Assembly (NCBI RefSeq): GCF_001194135.2
Contig: NC_068982.1
Coordinates: forward strand, 74,761,374 to 74,793,660
Length of the DNA: 32,287 bases
Source of the DNA: Octopus bimaculoides
Taxonomy: Eukaryota
Direction of reading: 5' to 3'
Part shown: one piece after another, positions 1 through 10,861 of the stretch
Layout: each line of letters begins with the position of its first letter
Numbering within the stretch: position 1 is the stretch's first letter
Position numbers and translations under genes: made by a program
The notes under the pieces: generated by a model
Told to the model about the DNA's origin: nothing
Database searches by the model: none
Seen by the model: the letters and a program-made list of their open reading frames with translations, nothing else

Positions 1-120
1 AGTGTATGCGACATAATGAAAACACAATAAAAGACAGGCCGTCATGTAAAGAAAAAGAGTGTGTAAGTGATACATGTATGTGTATGCGTGAGATACAGCT
101 AGATACAGATAGAAAAAGAG

Positions 121-545
121 TCAGTAACACGTGTGAGCATTTATACCAGTTCTTAGAGTACACAGTGGTATGTGTCTGTATGTAAGAAGTTGAGGCGTGT
201 GTGGCAGAGCGATCACTCGTCGTGATGTTAGGGCTTCCATGCCGAGCCGGGTTCTGGAATACAGATTTTCGTCGCAGGCTAGGTTCTTGTCTATTATTTA
301 TCGTGGTGAAGATGAATCACACAAACAGAATCGAAGAGAGATGAGCCGCGGTTGTTTGGTTAGTTGGTGTACGTATAGAAATCATGTTGACGATGTTGGC
401 GATGCTGGTGGTCGTAGTGTCGTGTTGACTGGCGGCGGCGATGCTGGTAGTCGTCGTTGGAGATGCTGTTGATGTCGTCGCTGGAACTGCTGCTGCTGCT
501 CTGTGTGGTACACGGAACAGGTCTCTAAGAGATCTGAACCGAGAC
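121..545 (-). other. Putative first exon (long 5' leader) of a minus-strand gene continuing left of the window
   Basis: GC/CAG-rich sequence downstream of the TATA. ATG at 240-238 in GGCATGG context opens MEALTSRRVIALPHTPQLLTYRHIPLCTLRTG (stop at 121-123, possible G|GTATAA donor near 146). Product not recognised. Confidence 0.3.
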
Positions 546-568
546 GAATTTGTCGGGTATATTGTAGT

Positions 569-578
569 CTATTTATAG
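569..578 (-). promoter_or_regulatory. TATA box overlapping MEF2 consensus site
   Basis: CTATTTATAG matches YTA(A/T)4TAR; the reverse strand reads CTATAAATAG, pointing leftward into a GC-rich leader. Confidence 0.5.
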
Positions 579-617
579 CAAAATAGGGGCTCCAGAGATC
601 ATCTGAAAAACACTCCA

Positions 618-635
618 TCACGTGACCTTATTAGG
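618..635. promoter_or_regulatory. Abutting E-box (TCACGTGA) and CArG box (CCTTATTAGG)
   Basis: Exact consensus matches TCACGTGA (bHLH-ZIP USF/MITF/TFE class) and CC(A/T)6GG (SRF), directly adjacent, ~40-60 bp upstream of the minus-strand TATA. Confidence 0.5.
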
Positions 636-830
636 GGCCACGGTTGGTCAGTTTGCGTTCTGGCGGGAACGGTACGAAGCAGTTGCCGCTTCAAGTAATA
701 ATTAGTCACGTGAGGAATACAGTAGACTGTTCTCTACTACGCCCGAACTTGATTATATTTATAACAGCGAGAGAAGATGGCTTCTTTGTATATAATGGCG
801 ATCGAGGTGTTAGTTTCACTACATATATAT

Positions 831-1717
831 NNNNNNNNNNNNNNNNNNNNNNNNNNNNNNNNNNNNNNNNNNNNNNNNNNNNNNNNNNNNNNNNNNNNNN
901 NNNNNNNNNNNNNNNNNNNNNNNNNNNNNNNNNNNNNNNNNNNNNNNNNNNNNNNNNNNNNNNNNNNNNNNNNNNNNNNNNNNNNNNNNNNNNNNNNNNN
1001 NNNNNNNNNNNNNNNNNNNNNNNNNNNNNNNNNNNNNNNNNNNNNNNNNNNNNNNNNNNNNNNNNNNNNNNNNNNNNNNNNNNNNNNNNNNNNNNNNNNN
1101 NNNNNNNNNNNNNNNNNNNNNNNNNNNNNNNNNNNNNNNNNNNNNNNNNNNNNNNNNNNNNNNNNNNNNNNNNNNNNNNNNNNNNNNNNNNNNNNNNNNN
1201 NNNNNNNNNNNNNNNNNNNNNNNNNNNNNNNNNNNNNNNNNNNNNNNNNNNNNNNNNNNNNNNNNNNNNNNNNNNNNNNNNNNNNNNNNNNNNNNNNNNN
1301 NNNNNNNNNNNNNNNNNNNNNNNNNNNNNNNNNNNNNNNNNNNNNNNNNNNNNNNNNNNNNNNNNNNNNNNNNNNNNNNNNNNNNNNNNNNNNNNNNNNN
1401 NNNNNNNNNNNNNNNNNNNNNNNNNNNNNNNNNNNNNNNNNNNNNNNNNNNNNNNNNNNNNNNNNNNNNNNNNNNNNNNNNNNNNNNNNNNNNNNNNNNN
1501 NNNNNNNNNNNNNNNNNNNNNNNNNNNNNNNNNNNNNNNNNNNNNNNNNNNNNNNNNNNNNNNNNNNNNNNNNNNNNNNNNNNNNNNNNNNNNNNNNNNN
1601 NNNNNNNNNNNNNNNNNNNNNNNNNNNNNNNNNNNNNNNNNNNNNNNNNNNNNNNNNNNNNNNNNNNNNNNNNNNNNNNNNNNNNNNNNNNNNNNNNNNN
1701 NNNNNNNNNNNNNNNNN
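831..1717. other. Assembly gap (N run)
   Basis: Run of N flanked by TA/TG microsatellites. Confidence 1.
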
Positions 1718-1959
1718 AGCAGTGTGTGTGTGTGTGTGAAATTGATATATTGAAAATAATTTAAGATAAAAATTTACAATTTATTCTGATTAAAATACTA
1801 ACGGCTTCAGAGCGATACCTCTTATTACAGTTTGCCTGCATTTAGCGTCTCTCACTATCACTCACTCCCACTTTGTTATTTTAGTCTCCCTCTACAAGCG
1901 TATCCGACGAGAAACATATTACGTTTTATTATATATATATATGATCATTTGTATTATTA

Positions 1960-2245
1960 ATGGATAGCAAGCAACGTGTGATCTCATCAAGGTGGAATGC
2001 AAAGAGTTTTCAGGCCAGCCCCTCTACAGAGCTTACATACAACATCCTGGACATCACGGAGGCAGGTAGGCGGAAGGCCATCAAAGTTGGTTGTGGAGAC
2101 AACAGAGATCAAAAAGTGTGAGTCCTGGAAGAGGTAAAGCTATCGAGTGGACACATGCTAGAGCTTGATCAACTCTGGCTGGATCACCTGGGTGAGGATG
2201 TCTAATTGTTGAAAGACCTGAAATACCCTCTGAATGAGAAGATCG
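1960..2245 (+). mobile_element. HERO-like (restriction-like endonuclease) non-LTR retrotransposon, decayed 3' fragment
   Basis: Translates CDLIKVECKEFSGQPLYRAY / NILDITEAGRRKAIK, resembling the CEPIEVGCRGFAGQSLCRAYNILGITG..RRAIK C-terminus. Followed by a ggctggatcacctgggtgagg...ttgaaagacc 3' UTR motif. Confidence 0.7.
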
Positions 2246-2516
2246 TGTGCGGCTGCCTGGACGCTAACGATTTGATATGGCTGACTGGACATAAAACCTA
2301 TTTTAGAGAAAGTACTTTTTGGCACTCACTCACTCACTCATGCGTGCACTCTCAAAACTATACACAGAGAGGGAGAAAGAAAGAGAGAGAGAGGTGGGGA
2401 GACATTATAATTTATTAATTAAACACGACTGACATAAACACTTCCCCTTCTTATATGCATAAAGAAAAATGTGCTCACACACAAGAACAGAGAGAGAGAG
2501 AGAGAGAACCGCATCA

Positions 2517-2652
2517 GTACTGATTTTCAGTTGAGTAGACTGGAGTACTGTGAAATGATGTGCTTGCTCAAGAACAAAATGTGCCGTCTGGTCCAGTTGT
2601 CGGACCTATAATCATATGATTCTGAGCCCTACACCCAAATTACTAGGCGATT
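2517..2652 (-). mobile_element. tRNA-derived SINE fragment (family D), diverged
   Basis: Shares gtgaaatga.gtg.ttgctcaag..ca.aa and cc.aa..actagg motifs with 12380-12495. Confidence 0.6.
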
Positions 2653-2699
2653 CATCTTCACGTTTGTATATAGTCACAAAATAGACATATAAGTTACCT

Positions 2700-2910
2700 A
2701 CGGGCGGTGGATTGGCAGAATCTTCAGACGTTATTTTTTCCGGTTTTTTACGTTCTGAGTTCGAATCCCACTGAAGTAAAATTTACCTTTCATCACTCTC
2801 CTGTCCCAGGGTAAAATAAAGTAGTCGTCAAGCACTAAGATTGACATAATCATTTAACCCTTTCCCCCAACCAAAAAATTCAGGTTTTGTGACTATGTTA
2901 AAAAATAATT
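2700..2910 (+). mobile_element. tRNA-derived SINE family B (Meta-domain-like), diverged
   Basis: tggcagaatc...acgttctgagttcgaatccc...tttacctttcatc...aaataaagta, homologous to 19468-19685. Confidence 0.7.
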
Positions 2911-3764
2911 ATTAGGAGAGTTTATTCATTTAAAAAGACGTTAATATGAATAATAAAAAAAATATCGGCAAAATGTGTTTCAATAGGTTCAATGAGAATA
3001 CCGTTCATAATACTTGAAAACAATCCACAAATTATAGATGCGATAAGTAATAATACGGGAAGCATGACATGGAGCACAGTAAAATATATCATATCACAGT
3101 ATGTACAATAATCCAACAAGGCTTTTCATCTCTACACACTTTTTGTTTATGTTATAGCTTACATTTGAAAAGTTGAGTCTTTCCCGAAATATAATAGGAT
3201 CATTAACAACTTATATGAGATAATACGATGTCATTTCTTTTTGAAGTCATTTATTGATATCACCTTACATATTTTGCTTAACGTTTCATTTGCATTGCTC
3301 AACGATATTTGCAAACATCTATATTATATAATATCTCATCTTCAAGGTTAACTCTATGTAATTTGCGAACAAAATCGACCTTGTGCATAAAGCCTCACTC
3401 ACAACAAACGTAAGAATGTGATCGATAGCAATGTCCATCCTCAAGGTTGAGGATCGAACACAATCACCCCATGCACTGCTGTTTCGTGTTGCCTTCGTAC
3501 ACTCCGCCAAGGTCCTCTCCATCCTATCCTTGACTCATTGTTTCATCTATCTATGTCTTTGTCGCCCGTGAACCCGTTTTCCGTAACCCAGTTCCGGAGG
3601 ATATTGTTACAGAGTTATAAGCTCTGATCACGTAGTCAAAGATATTGCGGTTTTCACTGCCTGACCATCGTCATCAACTGCTTTATCTCCTCCGGAATTG
3701 AATCGTTCGTTCTACTGACCACCCTTCCGAGTGATCCACACAAAAAACAACCTTCATCTATTAA

Positions 3765-4123
3765 TTATTTCATAAAATAAATTTCCAACACAAAATAATT
3801 CTATGATACACTTTTATTTATATAGCTCCTTCTCACCCTACAACGAACTCCACCTCAATCCTGTCAAGATAGTTCTTATATGACATATAGAAGAATAAGC
3901 AATTAATCTCTTTATATTACTCTGTCTTCACACAAATAACAGGAATTAATAAACCTCCACACAAACAAACAGCCATCAAGGCAATTATATACCATATTTA
4001 TTAAATATTAATTATATATACCTCTCAAAAATTTAAATAAACTCATAATTAAAACATATAACCTCATATCCCACTAATTTTAATAATACTCTAGCCAAAA
4101 ATCATAGAACCAGAAATAGGGGC
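3765..4123 (-). pseudogene. nad4: NUMT: decayed fragment of mitochondrial NADH dehydrogenase subunit 4
   Basis: Invertebrate mitochondrial code, with frameshifts: APISGSMI/LASVLLKLVGYEV, CGGLLIPVIC, QSNMKSLIAYSSMCHM, GWEGAM, LFCVGN. These match ND4 motifs EAPxxGSMxLAxxLLKLGGYG and RQxDxKSLIAYSSxxHM in the correct order. Confidence 0.9.
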
Positions 4124-5499
4124 ACATCATCTTGAACGCCCTCAGTCGTTTGGTGTCTGCCGATAAATGTAGACTATAAAAATCAAAAGAGAAGACGTAA
4201 TCCACGTAATGGCCAACAGCAACAGAACACATAATGGTTAACTGTAAGAGAATGTTCTCGAATATTATTATTTCCTTGAGGCGATTCTGAAAACACGAAT
4301 GAAGAGAAATCAATAAAGACGATCACATTATTACATGTGGTGCTTCAGAATAATAGTGGAACTAAAAAATGAAAACGAAACAAATGACAATACAGAATGC
4401 AACCACTGAATTCTTAGTATTATTGCTCTGACATAGAAGTGAGCTACTCATTTCATGTCTAAATTGTCGGGAAGAAATTGGAGGAAAACAATATTTATGG
4501 GTCGGTAATAACGAGCCTTATTAATCCAGTGTCCAAAATGTACTTTCAGCTTTATCCCACTTACATTGGCAGTGATTTCCCAAGTTTATCCATGCATGTC
4601 AATGTGCATGGATGAACATGGAGAACGAAAACAAATGCATGTCTGTAATTTTTCAACTATAAACGCAAATCATATCTGAAACAATAATAGAACATTTCAG
4701 GAAAGAATCGGTTGCGAAAGGAACAGTTGAGAACACAAAATACGCAGTTATTTCCCTTCCCTATACAACCATCTAATCAAGCAGATCTTCAATCGAAAGA
4801 AATTAGATAAAACCAATCAAGGAAATATATAAGTACGTGCACGCGTGAGCGACACACATATAAATATGTATGTAGATACATATAGATATATGTGTGTGTA
4901 TCGCATTATTAAAGTTTTACAGCAGTGATAAAAACACACACGATCGTTCGTATGCTTGATTCTTAGTGATAAGTCTTCTGAATAAGGCTGATCGTAATTG
5001 GCTGATGGGTAAGCCTCCTTCTCATAGGCTAGTTCAGCTCACGTGGTGGAAATCAGTAACTGTCGATTGCTACTGGATGACGTTTTCTACTCGATGAGTT
5101 GTTCTGGTTACAGATTCCAATATTAACAGTTTCAATACAGTTTTATGGAAGTATCAGTTTATGAAATGTATTAATAACAAAGGAATTTTAATTAGAGATT
5201 TTGGTGACAGTTGCTGACAAAACTAATAGTCACCAAAACAAACAGATAACTGCAAGATAACTTGCAGTCAATATTCCTTATTTTCTTTATATGATATATT
5301 TAAAGTTCATTCTTCCCATAAACATGATGTTAGCACATTTCTTTTCCAGTGTTTCTTGGTCTTTCTTGCTCTTTTCTCACTATGCAAAGAGGGATATTAT
5401 CAGAACCATATAACCATTAATTCTTTCCCTTCATTTGAGCATCAAAGAAGTAACATTGATTGTATGCTTCTCCTATCTTTTTTTGTGTGGGGGAGGGGG

Positions 5500-6810
5500 G
5501 TGCATGTTAGACAGAGCCTAGGTGTCTTCCACAATGTACATTGTGGCCATAGTAATGAGGAGGAAACAAGGCAAATGGAGTTCTGTGATGCAAATAACCT
5601 AATAATCTGTATCACCAACTTCAGGAAACCAGACAGTCACCTGAAAACTTATCAATCTAGTGGCCACACTAGCCAAACTGACTACATTATCATCTGAAAG
5701 AAGATACATGGTTGCTCATAAATGCAAAGCTCTTACCACATGAAGAATGTACCCCTCAACATAGGTTAGTTATTAGTGACTACAGACTTCAGGCTAGGAT
5801 TCCAAGAAGCAAACCAATCTAGAAAAGGATTTGGAAACTTAAAGATCTTTTGAATAGTGAGAGATTAGAGACGTCCTAATTGAAACATTTAATGAGAAGA
5901 CGGAGGAATTACAGACATATGACATAGAGGACAACTGGAAGTTCCTATGGACAACTTACTGAGAACTACAGACCAAATTTGTGGCTGGTGCAAAGTTCCA
6001 ACCAAACCTAGGGTGACATGGTGGTAGAACCGTGTAGTAGATTAAACCATTAGAATGAAGAAACAGGCCTGGGAGGACTGGAAGAGTGGTGGTAGCAGAG
6101 ACTATACCAGGTAGCTAGAAGGGAAGCTAAAAGACAGGTATACTTAACCAGAGGAGACGCAGAAAGGAAGAAGTTTGCCAATAATCTACAATGTGAGGGA
6201 CCAGGGACTTGAAGTGTTTCAAACTGCAAAACAGTGTGCCAGAGAAAATCGTGATGTTGTAGGAGAGAAGTGTGTTCACATGAGTGATGGTTCACTTGCA
6301 GTTAGTGATTCTTCAAAGAAAGAGGCTTGGAAGTGCCACTATGAAAGGTTGTTAAATGTAGAGAATGCACAGGAGAAGGAGAGCCTGCCCAACAGGTTGC
6401 TATTTTCCTGGTAAGGCAATGGCAAGAGAAGCATTTAGTCAAAAATAAACCTCTGATCTTGGTTTTTGTTGTCATGAAGAAAATCTTTGACAGAGTTCCC
6501 CACTCCCTTGTCTGGCTGTCAATGCAGAAGCTAGGGGTATATGTGTGGTAGGTGAGAGCTGTACAAGTCATGTACAGGAATGCTGCCAGTAACATGAAAG
6601 TTAGCAACGAGAGTAGCAACGAATTCAGTGTACAGGTAGGAGTTCATTAAGGATCAGTTCTCAGCTCCTTCTTGTTTAACATAGTCCTCCAGGTCAAAAC
6701 AGAATAATTTAAGACTGGATGTCTTTGGGAGCTCCCCAACACTGATAACCTTGTCTTTATAGCTGAGTCACTTCCAGAACTGGAAAAGAAATTTCTGGTG
6801 TGGAAGCAGT
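5500..6810 (+). mobile_element. RTE-clade LINE ORF2 remnant (APE endonuclease C-terminus to RT), internally deleted
   Basis: NEEETRQMEFCDANNLIICITNFRKPDSHLKTYQSSGHTSQTDYII (APE), KEAWKCHYERLLNVEN, FVVMKKIFDRVP, and decayed GVHQGSVLSP and LLYADDL RT motifs; many stops and frameshifts. Confidence 0.9.
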
Positions 6811-6947
6811 GGCAGGTCTACTATAAAACTAATGAAGCTTAAACTTCAGAGCCCCTAATTAGTGCCTGAGGGGCCCCTCTGATCAATTTAATCTTTTTCA
6901 TTCTGTCAATATTTTACTTTTTGTATTTTGCCATGCAGACGGAGCCA

Positions 6948-7312
6948 ATAAAACAGACTGAGAAAAAAGTTTTGTCTCTACACCAGTCCCCTAAAAAAGG
7001 ATGGTGCCAGTGAAACATAGAAAGTAAAAAAAAACACATGTACATATGTATGTATGTGCGTTTGTGTGTTTGTATGTGTGAATATATATATAGAAATAAA
7101 CAGAAAAGAAAGTTTTATTCTCTCTAGTTTAAGTTTCATCTCCAAGAGCAGCATGGTGCCAGTGAAGTGACAAAGAAAAGTAAAAACATGTATATATATA
7201 TGTGTAGATGTATGTGTGTGTATATGTATGTATGCATGTATGTGTATGTATGTACGTGTGTGTGTATTAATTTATATGGAGAAATAGACTGAAAAATAAG
7301 TGTTATTGTCTA
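6948..7312 (+). repeat. Degenerate ~140-180 bp tandem repeat (about 2.3 units) with TA/TG spacers
   Basis: Recurring aaataaacag..aaaaagtttt and atggtgccagtgaa....gaaagtaaaaacatgta blocks at ~6950, ~7095 and partially ~7280. Confidence 0.6.
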
Positions 7313-7368
7313 GTTGAATTCCTGTTTCCAATTTGACTGACCAATGATGACCTCAAACTGACCTCAAA

Positions 7369-7370
<2 letters not shown>

Positions 7371-7406
<36 letters not shown>
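7371..7406. repeat. (CA)n microsatellite
   Basis: Pure CA run. Confidence 0.95.
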
Positions 7407-7407
<1 letters not shown>

Positions 7408-8334
7408 CTACATACATATATTCCCTGGAGATAAGCCCCCAATATATCTCCAATAACATCATTTTTCTCTCTCTCACTCTGATTGTTTCTGCCTTTATCT
7501 AATGTTTCTCTTCCCTTCCCTTCGTGGGGTAGCCAAGGACCCCATTATAATAGAGGGTCATAGTTGTCTATCCCTCATAGCTTAAGGTTCGATATATAGT
7601 AATTATTGTTGTTGTTGTCCAAACTACAATGATGGAACATTTGTTTCTTTGTTAGAAATCAGTTCCATCCTTCAAGAAAGAATTCTAATAAATAAATGAG
7701 GTAAAACACACATACACATATTCATATAAATATAGACATATGTATATGCATACATGCATGATGACTGTTTCCTCGTTTTTGAGTATAGGATGATGATGCT
7801 GGTATGTCAAGTTACAGCCTGGCATCATGCTTTTTATAGTGAAGTACTAGTCAACATCACTGGCTGCCATTGAGTTACGTTTTACATCAGGATTTTCCCT
7901 CCAGTGTGATATCCTAATAAGAACTAGAGGTCATTCACTCCTAGTAATGTGGTACACTGTATCTACATTCTCATTGTCATAGTTCTTTGCTGACTAAGCC
8001 TGTTGTACATGCCCATTATTGAAAAGGTGTCAATCCTCTGTGTAACCACTATGTTTTCTGCATCAAAGTCACTAGTTTGTCCACGACTTCTGCAGGAACT
8101 ACTGCTGTGCATGGGAAATAACAAGACCAAGCTTGTGTACACAGCATTGGAGGGCTGTTGACTTTAATGAGTTCATCTGTCCTTCAACAGGTTTTGTTTT
8201 TCATCCTGCAGATTACCCAATCACCCTTCTCACTAAGCAAGCTAAACTGGGGTTGCCAGTTTAATTGCTGACGACTTCACCATGCAACAGGTAATTACAT
8301 GTTGCCCAGTAACATTCACAAGTGACCTGATACA

Positions 8335-8658
8335 ATTCATGCATACATAGGCACACATATATACATACATAAATGCATACATAGAAATTTACATACATCC
8401 ACACATAATACACAAAGACACACACTTACATACACATACATGCACATATAAACACAGATACATGCATAAATACACGTATATGTACATGCATACATACATA
8501 CATACATATAAATGCACATGTATACATACAAAGATGCAGACATACATACAAGCATACTTACATGTACACATGTACACACACATACATACATACATGCATG
8601 CATGCATACATACATACATACATACATACATACATACATACATACATACATACATACA
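8335..8658. repeat. Compound (AC/AT)/(ATAC)n microsatellite
   Basis: Degenerate AC/AT tract ending in a near-perfect ATAC run. Confidence 0.95.
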
Positions 8659-8659
8659 A

Positions 8660-9360
8660 CTTCTCCTAGACTTGTGATAGATACATTCCATCCCACCCAG
8701 GAAGAGGATATAGCTACTAAACACCTGATAAACAAGAGTGACAAAAATGCCATCAAACTTCCACGCTATGATAGAATATGTCAGCTCTGCTATACCAGTG
8801 TAGAAGATATCACATAAGCAGCCTCCCCAAAATGTCTGAGATACTACCTGCCCCCAATGCATGATATAATTGCAAAGACTATTTACAATGCTATCTGCAG
8901 GAAGGATTGCTCTGAAGTATAGCTCAAAGATACACCAGAGCCAGCATGTATTCACACTTCTAAATTAAGGCATACTGGTAGAACCCTCCAATAAAAATAG
9001 CAATTTGGTGCCAACATAATAGACCTGATATTATTCTGTGGGACAGGGAACAAATTTCATGCACTGTTGTAGAGGTCAGCTGTCCAGCAGATGTGAATGT
9101 ACCATCAAAGGTCCAGAAAAAAGGAAACATTTATGGTGAATTAATTGCTGAACTTATAGCTCTTATACCCCAACTACAAATTCTCGTTTTTACCTATTAT
9201 GGATGCATTAGCCTATGTACTTTGAAATATACTAAAAAAAAACTAGAAATACTTGGGTTTTTGAAGAAAGAACAAAAGAGACTGATGTAGATTCTCAAAA
9301 TCCAATCTGTTAGTGGCACAGTAAAGATTTGTATGACATTCCAAAGATTCCCTATTTGAG
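8660..9360 (+). mobile_element. R4/Dong-like (RLE) non-LTR retrotransposon 3' fragment
   Basis: QEEDIATKHLINK..YDRICQLCYTSVEDIT..S.PK (CCHC knuckle), HNRPDIILWDRE..CTVVEVSCPADVN..K.QKKGNIYGEL (PD..D/ExK nuclease), QSVSGTVKIC. The 3' UTR may run to ~9520. Confidence 0.85.
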
Positions 9361-9699
9361 ATTCTTTAGATGAATAGATTCATACACTTGAATGTGTACA
9401 TCGACAGCTCAATCAACACACCAAATCAAGTACATATTTACAAACACTGGGAACCCTCTTAACTCAAGAAGTCTTGTTGGTTTGAACTCTCTCAAGAACT
9501 TAAATATAACCCAAAGGAAAAACAACCATACATACATAATAGGTGTTGCTTGCTGCAATTGCCTCTGAATTACGTTAATGAAGATAACAAAGTCTCCTGG
9601 CATTCAGGCAAGACAGGGTCTATATTTTAAATATTTCACCAAGACATTATGAAATGAAATTACAGTTAGTTAAACACACATTTATTTGTATTGGAAAAA

Positions 9700-9854
9700 T
9701 ATGTGTATGCATGTGTGCATAAATATGTATGGTGTGTGAGCATGTGTGTGTGTGTGTATGTGTGTGTGTGTGTATGTGCGTGTGTGTGTACACACATATA
9801 CATATATATGCGCACACATATATGTAAATACATACATACATATATACATACATG

Positions 9855-9895
<41 letters not shown>

Positions 9896-10110
9896 ATTGT
9901 CAATACATCATATGTCCGAATGAGAAGCACATTTTACATTAATATATATATATATATATATATATATACGTACATTTAATATATATCATGTGTTGTATAT
10001 AATATATATATGTTATATATTGTACACAGACACACACAAACAACTTTTTAAACATGCACATACTTATTGATACACACACATACATATATACATATGTATA
10101 TACACATGCA
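9700..10110. repeat. Compound TG/CA/TA microsatellite block
   Basis: Alternating TG, CA and TA runs. Confidence 0.95.
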
Positions 10111-10494
10111 AATGCAGACATGTTCTCATGCAGGCATGGGCATCTGCAATCTGCATGTGCACATGCCAAATTTGTGTGCATTTTAGTATTCGCTTAGCTT
10201 GTAGACCAACCGCCGCCATCTTAGTATTCATTTCATCAATTTCCAAAAATCAGAAATCATCAAAATTTTTCTCATTTGTAATATCTGCCATAGCAGATGT
10301 TTGCGGCAGAGACATATAGTTCAATGATTGCAACATGTGATTGAAATTTGTATTGTTAAATAAAAATGAAAAAAAGAAAAAAAAAAGAATTGCAAAAAGT
10401 AATAAAAGAGGAATATGAAGATAGGAATAAATATGACAGTTTTAATATTTTCATCAGTTTATTGTACTATCCCCATTTCATACTAAACAACATG

Positions 10495-10809
10495 ACATGG
10501 TCATATATGCATACATATACATACATACATATACATACATACATATATGTGTGTGTGTGTGTGTATGTGTGTCTGTATGTGTGTGTGTGTGTGTGCGCGT
10601 GCATGTGTGTATGTATGTATATATATGTATATATATGTGTATGCATATATATATACATATATACACATATATATACATATATGCACACATACATATATAT
10701 TTGAATGTATATGTATATATGTACATGGGTGTGTGTACACACACATATATGTGTGTGTATATATTTATACGTATATGTATATAGATATATGTATATATAT
10801 CTATAAATG

Positions 10810-10845
<36 letters not shown>

Positions 10846-10860
10846 TGTATATATATTGTT
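10495..10860. repeat. Compound TA/TG/ATAC microsatellite block
   Basis: Low-complexity tract running into the gap. Confidence 0.95.
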
Positions 10861-10861
10861 G

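Larger units (their letters stand above)
200..810. promoter_or_regulatory. CpG-rich promoter / first-exon region, possibly bidirectional
   Basis: Many CpGs versus the CpG-poor bulk of the window. Minus-strand TATAAAT at 571-577 inside CTATTTATAG (569-578, MEF2 consensus), TCACGTGA at 618-625 and 706-713, CArG CCTTATTAGG at 626-635, YY1-like AAGATGGC at 774-781. Confidence 0.6.

Noticed and set aside
644-1753. Long ORFs spanning N runs (also 10467-11945, 10547-11824, 28072-29014 and others)
   Set aside because: Length comes from untranslatable gaps; only the RTE and R4-like portions have real coding signal.
4966-5008. AG/GTAAG-bounded segment reading ISLLNKADRNWLMG, reminiscent of an SH3 loop
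   Set aside because: Only 14 residues, modest acceptor and no neighbouring SH3 exons; similarity could be chance.
5351-5470. Strong acceptor with hydrophobic frame CFLVFLALFSLCKEG at the start of ORF 5356-5697
   Set aside because: The rest of the ORF is RTE endonuclease, and the hydrophobic part follows from a T/C-rich tract.
6806-6885. CAGTGGC...cagagcccct, possible DNA transposon end
   Set aside because: No matching opposite TIR or TSD found.
8337-8955. ORFs rich in YIHT/MYVC/CVCV repeats here and at 9647-10784, 12462-12743, 29739-30188, 31663-32257
   Set aside because: Translations of AC/AT/TG microsatellites.
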